Assembly (NCBI RefSeq): GCF_019464535.1
Contig: NZ_CP080507.1
Location: 660,001 to 692,000, forward strand
Reading direction: 5' to 3'
Source of the DNA: Horticoccus luteus
GTDB lineage: Bacteria; Verrucomicrobiota; Verrucomicrobiia; Opitutales; Opitutaceae
Length of the DNA stretch: 32,000 bases
The notes beneath the pieces were generated by a model. It was not told where the DNA came from and did not search any database. It saw nothing but the letters and a program-made list of their open reading frames with translations. The position numbers and the translations under genes are program-made. Numbering within the stretch: the first letter of the stretch is position 1; every line of letters starts with the position of its first letter. Of this stretch, positions 8,217 to 15,824 are shown piece by piece.

Positions 8217-9079
8217 GCCGCCTGCCTGTCACCAAAACACCGAAGGTCTACGTTGGCGGGGCGTTCATCCGCTCCGAGAGCGGACGGACGTTTCCGCTGA
8301 ACGACGCCGCCGGCGAATTCTTCGCCAACATCCCGCAATGCACGCGCAAGGATTTGCGCAACGCCGTCGAAGCCGCCGCCAAGGCCGGTCCGGGCTGGGC
8401 GAAGCGCACGCCGTATAATCGCGGACAGATCATCTACCGGCTGGGCGAGATGATCGAGGCGCGGCGCGGTGACATGACCGACGCGCTCGCGGTGGGCGGC
8501 GCCTCGAAGGCGGCGGCGGCGAAGGAAATCGATGCCACGATCGACCGGCTGATTTACTACGCAGGCTGGGCCGACAAATACGAGCAGGTGCTGGGCAACG
8601 TGAATCCGGTGGCATCGCCGCATTTCAATTTCACGGTCACGGAACCGACGGGCATCGTGGGCGTGCTTGCGCCGGACGCGGCGCCGTTGCTGGCCCTCGT
8701 ATCGCTCATCGCGCCGGCGATCACCTGCGGCAACACGGTGGTGGCGGTCGTGGCGGAGCAAGCGCCTTATCCGGCCATCGTGCTGGGCGAGATGCTGGCG
8801 ACGAGCGATCTGCCGGGCGGCGTGGTGAATTTGTTGACGGGCTGGCGCAAGGAACTCGTGCCCACGCTCGCGACGCACACGCATCTGCGGGCGATCTCCG
8901 GCGTGGCCGGCGCCGACGAACGCAAAGCGATCAAGCTCGGCGCCGCCGACAGCGTGAAACGCGTGCACTTGCGGAAAGCCGAGGAGGCGATCGATTGGTT
9001 CGCGGACGCGGAGCAGAGCGTTTACGCGATTCGCGACTTGGTGGAGTTCAAGACCACGTGGCATCCCATCGGCGCGTGA
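8213..9079 (+). CDS. Aldehyde-dehydrogenase-like protein lacking the catalytic domain (predicted pseudoenzyme)
   Basis: The track ORF 8108-9079 is trimmed to the ATG at 8213, which overlaps the POT stop. The 288-aa protein aligns by eye to the ALDH N-terminal and NAD-binding region (KVYVGGAFI..., YYAGWADK, GIVGVLAP...). It ends about 35 aa after the position of the ELGGK motif (here KRVHLRK) and keeps only an ALDH-like C-terminal strand (EFKTTWHPI). Confidence 0.75.
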   Translation: MSRLPVTKTPKVYVGGAFIRSESGRTFPLNDAAGEFFANIPQCTRKDLRNAVEAAAKAGPGWAKRTPYNRGQIIYRLGEMIEARRGDMTDALAVGGASKAAAAKEIDATIDRLIYYAGWADKYEQVLGNVNPVASPHFNFTVTEPTGIVGVLAPDAAPLLALVSLIAPAITCGNTVVAVVAEQAPYPAIVLGEMLATSDLPGGVVNLLTGWRKELVPTLATHTHLRAISGVAGADERKAIKLGAADSVKRVHLRKAEEAIDWFADAEQSVYAIRDLVEFKTTWHPIGA

Positions 9080-9199
9080 AGCGGCCCGCCAAGTTGGTGG
9101 CGGGCCAGCGTCTTCGGCGTGAAGAATTCCGCATGGGCTGTCCGGGAAATTTACCGATTCGATTTATTTTGCCGCGGGCGGCGGGAATAGGAAAAAAAT

Positions 9200-10693
9200 A
9201 TGGGGATGGCACCCTCCCATGAAGATGCAGTATCGCCGACGGGCGTAGCCGGTTTGGACGAGATTCTCCGCGGCGGCTTGGTGGCGAACCGGTTGTATTT
9301 GCTCCTCGGAGCGCCCGGCGTGGGCAAGACAACGGTGGCCTTGCAATACCTGCTGCACGGGGCGCGGGAGGGAGAGCGCGGCCTCTATATCGCGTTGTCG
9401 GAGACGCGGGCGGAAATCGAGTCCGTGGCGCGTTCGCACGGCTGGCCCCTGGACTCGATTTCAATCTTCGAACTCTCCGCGCTCGAGCAACAACTGGCCG
9501 AGGAGGCGCAGAACACGGTGTTTCATCCCGCCGATGTGGAGTTGAACAAAACGACGCAACTGCTGCTGGATCGCATCCAGGAAGTGAAGCCGCGGCGAGT
9601 GGTGCTCGATTCGCTCTCGGAGTTGCGGTTGATGTCGGACTCGGCGCTGCGTTACCGGCGGCAAATGCTGTCGTTGAAGCAGTTTTTCGCGGGCGAGCAG
9701 ATGACGGTGCTGCTTTTGGACGATCACTCAGCGGATGGCGGCGACCTGCACGTGCAGAGCATCGCGCACGGCGTGATTTCGCTGGAGCAAATCGTGTCGG
9801 ACTATGGATCGGAGCGGCGCCGGATCCGGGTGAACAAGATGCGGGGCGTGAATTTTGCCGGCGGTTATCACGATGCCATGATCGTGCGGGGTGGCGTGGT
9901 GGTCTTTCCGCGGCTGATCGCTTCGGACCACGGCCGGGCGTATGCGCGGGATGAAGTGGTGTCGGGAAATGCAGAACTGGACAGCCTGCTGGGCGGGGGG
10001 CTGCACCGCGGCACCAGCGCGCTTTTGCTCGGACCGGCGGGCACGGGTAAATCGACCGTGGCGTTGCAATTCGCCGTCGCCGCGGCGGAGCGGGGGCAGC
10101 GTGTGTTGATGTGCCTGTTCGAGGAAAATCTCGACACGATGAAGGCGCGGGCGAAATCGGCGGGAATCCAGGCGGAGGCGTTGATCGCCTCCGGGCAGAT
10201 CAAGGTAATGCAGGTCGATCCGGCCGAATTAACGCCGGGCGAGTTCGCACACATCGTCGTGCAGCACGCCCAAGATCCCAACATTGGCATCGTGGTGATC
10301 GACAGCCTCAATGGCTATATGCAGGCGATGCCGGACGCGAAGTTCCTGAACATCCAGCTGCACGAACTGCTGGCTTATCTGAACCGGCACGGCGTGCTGA
10401 CGATTCTGACGGTGGCGCAACACGGCTTGGTGGGGCAGATGCAGACGCCGGTGGATCTGACGTATCTCGCCGACACCGTGATCCTGCTGCGGTATTTCGA
10501 ACAAGGCGGCCGGATTAAAAAGGCGATTTCCGTCATCAAGAAGCGCATCGGCGCGCACGAGGATACGATCCGGGAGTTTCAAATCTCGAGCGCGGGGCTG
10601 CGGCTGGGTCCGCCCTTGGAGGAGTTCCAGGGGGTGTTGACCGGCGTCCCTGTGTTCAAGGGCCGGGCGGAACAGATGATGGAAAGCAAATAA
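9200..10693 (+). CDS. KaiC-family double-domain RecA-like ATPase
   Basis: 497 aa with two Walker A motifs (GAPGVGKTT, GPAGTGKST) and two Walker B motifs (VVLDSLSEL, VVIDSLNGY). KaiC-like segments are present: TGVAGLDEILRGG, SGNAELDSLLGGG, and LADTVILLRYFE...ISVIKKRIGAHEDTIREFQIS. Confidence 0.9.
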   Translation: MGMAPSHEDAVSPTGVAGLDEILRGGLVANRLYLLLGAPGVGKTTVALQYLLHGAREGERGLYIALSETRAEIESVARSHGWPLDSISIFELSALEQQLAEEAQNTVFHPADVELNKTTQLLLDRIQEVKPRRVVLDSLSELRLMSDSALRYRRQMLSLKQFFAGEQMTVLLLDDHSADGGDLHVQSIAHGVISLEQIVSDYGSERRRIRVNKMRGVNFAGGYHDAMIVRGGVVVFPRLIASDHGRAYARDEVVSGNAELDSLLGGGLHRGTSALLLGPAGTGKSTVALQFAVAAAERGQRVLMCLFEENLDTMKARAKSAGIQAEALIASGQIKVMQVDPAELTPGEFAHIVVQHAQDPNIGIVVIDSLNGYMQAMPDAKFLNIQLHELLAYLNRHGVLTILTVAQHGLVGQMQTPVDLTYLADTVILLRYFEQGGRIKKAISVIKKRIGAHEDTIREFQISSAGLRLGPPLEEFQGVLTGVPVFKGRAEQMMESK

Positions 10694-10694
10694 G

Positions 10695-11945
10695 ATGGCG
10701 GCGGGGACGAGCGATCGCGACGTAGTGCTGGTGATGGCGCCCATCGGCGCCGATGCGGCAAACATTGAAACGGTGCTGCGCCGGGGCGGCGTGGCGACGC
10801 AGGCGTGCGTGACGGATCTCGACCTGAAACTGGCCCTGCGGGAGGACTGCAGCGCCATCGTCTTGACGGAGGAAGCGCTGGTATCGCCCGTGCAAAAAGT
10901 GCTGGCGGCGGCGTTTGCGGAGCAACCGCCCTGGTCGGACATTCCGGTGGTGTTGATCGGCGGCGGGGGTTCGACGAACAGCGGAGCGAGCGCGGCGGCC
11001 CGGCTGCGCGGCGCGCATCGCACGGTCACCCTGCTGGAACGGCCGCTGCGCGCGACGACGTTGATGGCCACCATTCAAACGGTGCTGTCGGCGCGCCGGC
11101 GCCAATACGAAATTCGCGGGTTGTTGAGTGAACGCGATTCGTTGTTGAGTTCGCTGGAGGCGAGGGTGGCGGATCGCACGGCGGATTTGCAGCGTATGGT
11201 CGAGGAGATGGAGGCGTTTTCCTACAGCGTGTCGCACGATTTGCGTTCGCCGTTGCGGAGTGTCGCCGGCTACGCCCGGGTGATTGAGGAGGATTTCGGC
11301 GACGAGATCCCGGCTGGGGCCAAGGAGTATCTGGAAAAAATCGTCCGGGCGGCGCGGCGCATGGACAGCCTGACGCAGGACGTGCTGGCCTACACGCGGG
11401 CGACGCGTTGCGAGATGGAGATCACGGCGGTGGATCTCGACTGGCTGATGGCGGAGGTCATCGAGCAGTATCCGGCGTTGGGCGCCTCGGCCGACTGCAT
11501 CCGGGTGCGACGGCCGTTGGGCCGCGTGATGGGCCACGTGCCGTCGTTGATCCAGTGCTTTTCGAATCTGCTGGGAAATGCCGTGAAGTTCGTCCCAGAG
11601 GGGCGCACGCCGGAAATTCAGGTGTTCGCCGAGCAGCGCGATTCCCGGCGGCGCGTGTCGGTGAAGGATAACGGCATCGGGATCGACCCATTGCATCACG
11701 CGCGGATTTTTCGGATGTTCGAGCGTGCCGCGAAGACTCAGTTTGCGGGCACGGGAATCGGGCTCGCGATCGTTAAGAAAGCGGTGGAGCGGATGGGCGG
11801 GACGATCGGCGTGATTTCCGCGGCGGGCGCGGGCGCGCAATTCTGGGTGGAGCTGGTGGCTTCCTCCGGGGAAGCAGCGGCGGCAAAGGCCGCGACGGGC
11901 ACGGTGAACGCCGCGTTGGCGGGGTTGGTGCCGGCGAGAATCTGA
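10695..11945 (+). CDS. Cytoplasmic sensor histidine kinase with an N-terminal pseudo-receiver-like domain
   Basis: It starts 1 nt after the KaiC stop. Kinase motifs: H-box FSYSVSHDLRSPL, N-box LLGNAVKF, G1 VKDNGIGID, F RIFRMFER, G2 GTGIGLAIVKK. There are no TM segments. The first 120 aa or so look like a receiver fold without the acidic pocket. Confidence 0.9.
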   Translation: MAAGTSDRDVVLVMAPIGADAANIETVLRRGGVATQACVTDLDLKLALREDCSAIVLTEEALVSPVQKVLAAAFAEQPPWSDIPVVLIGGGGSTNSGASAAARLRGAHRTVTLLERPLRATTLMATIQTVLSARRRQYEIRGLLSERDSLLSSLEARVADRTADLQRMVEEMEAFSYSVSHDLRSPLRSVAGYARVIEEDFGDEIPAGAKEYLEKIVRAARRMDSLTQDVLAYTRATRCEMEITAVDLDWLMAEVIEQYPALGASADCIRVRRPLGRVMGHVPSLIQCFSNLLGNAVKFVPEGRTPEIQVFAEQRDSRRRVSVKDNGIGIDPLHHARIFRMFERAAKTQFAGTGIGLAIVKKAVERMGGTIGVISAAGAGAQFWVELVASSGEAAAAKAATGTVNAALAGLVPARI

Positions 11946-11948
11946 TTT

Positions 11949-12347
11949 ATGCGTGTCACCGTTTTGGTCGCGGAAGATGACGACGATGACTACTTCTTCA
12001 CCGCGCGAGTGCTGACTCGCACACGGCAGGCAGAGGTGGTGCGGGTGGAAAGCGGGCGCGCGGTCGTCGATTACCTGCTCGGCGCGGGACCGTATGAGGA
12101 CCGCGGCAAATTTCCGTGGCCCGATCTGGTGCTGCTGGACTTGAAAATGGGCGAGATGGACGGGCACGGTGTGCTCGCGTGGGTGGCGAAAAACGCGTGG
12201 TCGCAGCCACCGAGAATTTTTGTGCTGACCGGCTCGGGGGAATCGCGCGATCGCGAGCGCGTGCAGGCGACGGGCATGGCGGAGGGCTATCTGGTGAAAC
12301 CGCTCACGCCGGATAACCTCGCGGAAATCCTGAAGCTGCCGGTGTGA
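11949..12347 (+). CDS. Single-domain response regulator (CheY-like receiver)
   Basis: 132 aa starting 3 nt after the kinase stop. Receiver features are VLVAEDDDDD, the phospho-acceptor context DLVLLDLKMGEMDG, LTGSGE and YLVKPL. Confidence 0.9.
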   Translation: MRVTVLVAEDDDDDYFFTARVLTRTRQAEVVRVESGRAVVDYLLGAGPYEDRGKFPWPDLVLLDLKMGEMDGHGVLAWVAKNAWSQPPRIFVLTGSGESRDRERVQATGMAEGYLVKPLTPDNLAEILKLPV

Positions 12348-12387
12348 CGAGGCGGGCGCGATCAAGGCGCCGCTGCCGCGCGCTGAG

Positions 12388-12774
12388 TCAGCCGGCGGCG
12401 TGCACCCATGCGCGAGCGGCAGAGGTTTCAGCGGGCTCGAAGAATTTGATTTCGCCCGGCAACACCAGGTTGGTGAAGCGCGTGCCCCAGCGCTCGCTCG
12501 CAGAGTCACCGATGATGGCCGCGCGACCGAAGCGGTTGCCGTTGCGGACATCGTATTTGAGGTCGGCCCAGGCGGCGGCGGGTTCCCAGCCATCGAAATC
12601 GTCGAGGACGATGAAAAAGTTAATTTTGGGCCACGACGCCGTGAGGGTTTCGATCTCGGGCAGGAGGCGATCGTAATCGGCGCGGGTGAGTTTGCCGTGC
12701 GCGCGAATTTCCAAGGTGTGCGTGGCGGGCACGGTTTCGATGCGCACGTGATCGGAGTGAGTCGTGGTATTCAT
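12388..12774 (-). CDS. STAS/SEC14 domain protein (SpoIIAA-like, PF11964-type)
   Basis: 128 aa. The pattern LEIRAHGKLTRADYDRLLPEIETL...INFFIVLDDFDGWEPAAAWADLKY...FGRAAIIGDS...FFEPAE..AARAWV is typical of this family. Confidence 0.8.
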   Translation of the reverse strand: MNTTTHSDHVRIETVPATHTLEIRAHGKLTRADYDRLLPEIETLTASWPKINFFIVLDDFDGWEPAAAWADLKYDVRNGNRFGRAAIIGDSASERWGTRFTNLVLPGEIKFFEPAETSAARAWVHAAG

Positions 12775-12863
12775 GGCTCAATTTTCGCCAGGCGATGCGA
12801 AGCGCAAACGCCGGGGAAAATTTGCCCGGCGCGAGCACGCCAGCTTCAGCGGACCGTCGAAGA

Positions 12864-13598
12864 CTAAACTCTCTGGGGCGCGTAAGAAACGACCTGCACC
12901 CCCGGGGAAAAGTGGACGATTGGATCAGGGCCTGCGGCCGCGAGTCCGCTGCCGGCGAACAGGAGGCGCGGGTCGCCTTCCGCAACGGCGGGCTGCAGCG
13001 GCCACGGGGCGTGGTGGATTTCGACACGCGTCAGGCCAGTGGCAGTCGGGGCGGAATAAAGGCAGTATCGCTCCGTCGCCCAGTGAGCAAAAGTCCCGGG
13101 AGAGGCAACGAAAGTGGGGCCAGTCGGAAGATAACGCGCACGAAAGGCCGTGTGATCGTCTGCGCGCACGCTCGAGAAATTGAACCAGCCGTCGTGGCGT
13201 TGCAGTTGCATCCGCGCAAAATGGTAGGGCAGGCCGTAGAAACGGCGCCCGCCGAAAACGATGGTTCGGGACTCTGCATCCAAGCTGAAAAACCAGACGC
13301 CAGGCCGGCCATCCGCTTCAACGTAAGTGCGCACGTTGAGTTCGAGGAACGACGGCATCAGAGGTAGGGGAGCGACTGCCCGAGGCGCCACGCCGGCCAT
13401 GCGAAACGGCACGACGCCGATCCAAGCGTGGCCGTTGAAGAGCTCCAAATTCAAACCGGGCGGAAGCCGTGCGCCCAGGGGCGCAGGAGCGACTGCGTAG
13501 TGCAGGAAGGCGAGATCCAGCCAAGATTGCTGCCACGTCCAGGATCCGCTCGGAAGCGGCCAGGGACGGTGAGCGAGCGTGCGGAGCGAAGGGTGCAC
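12864..13598 (-). CDS. DUF2071 (YqjF-like) family protein
   Basis: Only the C-terminal two-thirds or so of track ORF 12864-14057 looks protein-like (WTWQQSWLDLAFLHYAV...ELNVRTYV...GVWFFSLDA...). The upstream part is a low-complexity S/R/P translation that overlaps the ferritin-like gene. There is no in-frame ATG, so the GTG at 13598 is proposed as the start. The start is uncertain. Confidence 0.6.
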   Translation of the reverse strand: MHPSLRTLAHRPWPLPSGSWTWQQSWLDLAFLHYAVAPAPLGARLPPGLNLELFNGHAWIGVVPFRMAGVAPRAVAPLPLMPSFLELNVRTYVEADGRPGVWFFSLDAESRTIVFGGRRFYGLPYHFARMQLQRHDGWFNFSSVRADDHTAFRARYLPTGPTFVASPGTFAHWATERYCLYSAPTATGLTRVEIHHAPWPLQPAVAEGDPRLLFAGSGLAAAGPDPIVHFSPGVQVVSYAPQRV

Positions 13599-13746
13599 GC
13601 GGCAAAAATAGACGCCGCGCGGCGTTCGGCGCGAGCGCGGGTTGCGACGAGGCCGCGGGGACGTCGCAAGACGCAGAATTTTCGCCACGTCTCGGCGGGC
13701 GCGCAGGAGAGCTCCGCCGGGCGAACGCGAGTGGAGCGGAAACGGC

Positions 13747-14211
13747 TCAGGCCGCCGGTTCGTCGAGGCGGGGATTATCGATGCCGAGGGCGTCGGCGAG
13801 GTCGGTGAGGTGGTCCTGCTCCTGGGCGATGATTTCGCGCAGGACTTCGCTGAGCGCAAACTCACCCATCGCCTCGGCCTGCCGGATGCGTTCGCGGTAA
13901 GAAATGATGGTGACGCGTTCGTTTTCGAGGTCGAAGCGGAGCATGTCCTTGGGCTTGTCCGAAAGTTTGACGGGCTTCGGGGCGACGACGGGCGTGCCGT
14001 TGAAGTAGTCGATTTGCTTCGCGATTTTGATCGCGTGCTCGAGTTCCTCGGCGGCATGGCGCGCCAGTTCGGCGGCGATGTGCAGGTATTCGGCGCCTTT
14101 CATCGTCTGGCTGTAGACGACGTAGGCGATGATGGCTTGGTATTCGCGGGCGAGATCCTCGTTGAGGAGGCGGACCATTTCGTCGCGAGTGGGGGCTTTC
14201 GTTTGTTTCAT
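13747..14211 (-). CDS. Bacterioferritin-like (ferritin-like di-iron domain) protein
   Basis: Track ORF trimmed to the ATG at 14211 (MKQTKAPT...). The four-helix ferritin pattern is present: LNEDLAREYQAIIAY, AAEELEHAIKIAKQI, DLENERVTIISY and IAQEQDHLTDL (E/ExxH ligands). Confidence 0.8.
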   Translation of the reverse strand: MKQTKAPTRDEMVRLLNEDLAREYQAIIAYVVYSQTMKGAEYLHIAAELARHAAEELEHAIKIAKQIDYFNGTPVVAPKPVKLSDKPKDMLRFDLENERVTIISYRERIRQAEAMGEFALSEVLREIIAQEQDHLTDLADALGIDNPRLDEPAA

Positions 14212-14322
14212 AGGCAACAGTCGCGGGCGCAGGCGTGCGACGCGCGTGAAACCTACGGACCGCGAATGATGCAACGCGTTGCGTGCAATGTGGCGAACCA
14301 CGCGCAGGCGGACGCGCCGGGC

Positions 14323-15765
14323 TTATTTCGGTGGATGAACGGGCCAGGCGGGCGAATCGGCGTGAGACGCGCGCAGGTCTGCTTCGAGGCTCGCGAGGAC
14401 GGCGGGTTGGGCGGCGGCGAGGTTGTGCGTTTCGCCGGGATCGGTGCGGAGGTCGTAGAGTTCGAAGGGGGCGCCGGCTTTCGGTTGCACGATTTTCCAC
14501 GGTCCGCGGCGGGCGGCTTGGTGAAAACCGCCTTCGTAAAATTCCCAGTAGAGCGGACGGTCGGCGAGGGCGGCTTGGGGGCGCCCTTCCCAGAGCGGGC
14601 GCACGCTCACACCGTCGCTCGGTGGCGTGGGTTGGCCGGCGAGATCGGCGAAGGTCGGGAGGACATCCGCGAAATACCACGGCGTATCGTCGGTGCGGCC
14701 GGCGGGCGCATGGCCGGGCCAGCGCACGATCATGGGTTCGCGGATGCCGCCTTCGTAGAGATCGCGTTTCAAGCCGCGGAAAGGTCCGGCGGAGGTGAAG
14801 AAGGCGGGGTCGTTGCCACCTTCGTGGTGCGGGCCGTTGTCGGAGGTGAAGACGACGATGGTGTCGTCGGCGAGGTGGAGTTCGTCGAGGAGGGCGAGGA
14901 TGCGGCCGACGTCGGTATCGATGCGCGTGACCATGGCGGCGTAGCGTTTGGCGGCTTCGGGCCAGTCGCGGTCGGCGTATTCGCCGAGGGAAGGAATCTC
15001 GAGACCGAGCGGTTCGGATTCGTCGTTGGCGTGCGGGAGCGTGAGGGCGAAGTAGAGGAAGAAGGGGCGGGCGCGTTCGGCGCGGATGAACTTGAGGGCT
15101 TCGGCGATGAACAGGTCCTGCGAATGCACGGCCATGTTACTCGACACGCCGGTGCCGAGCGGACCTTCGTCGGGCACGATGTTGGGCAGCGGGACTTTCT
15201 CTTCGTTGCGCCAGAGGAAACTGGGGTAGGAGTTGTGCGCGTGGGTCTGGTTGACGTAGCCGAAGAAGTAATCGAAACCCTGCCGCAGCGGGAGGCCGCT
15301 GGCTTCCGGGCCGGGATTGCCAAGGCCCCATTTGCCGATGGCGGCGCTGGTGTAGCCGGCGGGTTTCAATACTTGGGCGAGCGTCAGGTCGTCGGGTTGC
15401 AGGGCGACGGCGAGCGGGTTGCGCGGGCGGTCGGAGGGCAAGTTGCCGCGCACGCGGCCGTGGCCCGTGTGCCGGCCGGTGAGGAGCACGCAGCGCGCGG
15501 GCGCGCAAACGGGGGCGCCGGCGTAGGCGCTCGTGAAGCGAATGCCGTCGACGGCGAGTTGGTCGAGGTGGGGGGTCTTGATCTTGGTTTGGCCGTAGCA
15601 CCCGAGGTCGCCGTAGCCGAGGTCGTCGGCCATGATGAAAATAATATTGGGCGGGCGGGCCGTGGGCTCGACAGGGGCAGGGGGCTCCGCGGCCCGTAGC
15701 AGGCTGAGGGTGAGCAGCGGCAGGAGAAAAGAAGCGAAACAGCGAAACGGGGCGGCAGGTTTCAT
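14323..15765 (-). CDS. Secreted arylsulfatase-type sulfatase (formylglycine-dependent)
   Basis: Track ORF 14323-16140 trimmed to the ATG at 15765, which precedes a signal peptide (MKPAAPFRCFASFLLPLLTLSLL). The sulfatase signature is NIIFIMADDLGYGDLGCYG and PVCAPARCVLLTGR (C-x-P-x-R). Confidence 0.9.
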   Translation of the reverse strand: MKPAAPFRCFASFLLPLLTLSLLRAAEPPAPVEPTARPPNIIFIMADDLGYGDLGCYGQTKIKTPHLDQLAVDGIRFTSAYAGAPVCAPARCVLLTGRHTGHGRVRGNLPSDRPRNPLAVALQPDDLTLAQVLKPAGYTSAAIGKWGLGNPGPEASGLPLRQGFDYFFGYVNQTHAHNSYPSFLWRNEEKVPLPNIVPDEGPLGTGVSSNMAVHSQDLFIAEALKFIRAERARPFFLYFALTLPHANDESEPLGLEIPSLGEYADRDWPEAAKRYAAMVTRIDTDVGRILALLDELHLADDTIVVFTSDNGPHHEGGNDPAFFTSAGPFRGLKRDLYEGGIREPMIVRWPGHAPAGRTDDTPWYFADVLPTFADLAGQPTPPSDGVSVRPLWEGRPQAALADRPLYWEFYEGGFHQAARRGPWKIVQPKAGAPFELYDLRTDPGETHNLAAAQPAVLASLEADLRASHADSPAWPVHPPK

Positions 15766-15824
15766 CGCCTTCACCGCACCGCGCGCCGGAGGAAAGGGCA
15801 AGTTCGCGCGACCAGCCAAAAGCG

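Noticed and set aside
10656-12593. 645-aa minus-strand ORF spanning the kinase and response regulator
   Set aside because: Same Arg/Pro/His-rich composition. The plus strand carries complete HisKA/HATPase and receiver motifs.
13642-15699. 685-aa plus-strand ORF over the ferritin-like and sulfatase genes
   Set aside because: It gives a Gly/Val/Ala/Glu/Arg-rich translation without motifs. The minus strand encodes a sulfatase with a signal peptide and CxPxR motif, and a ferritin-like four-helix protein.
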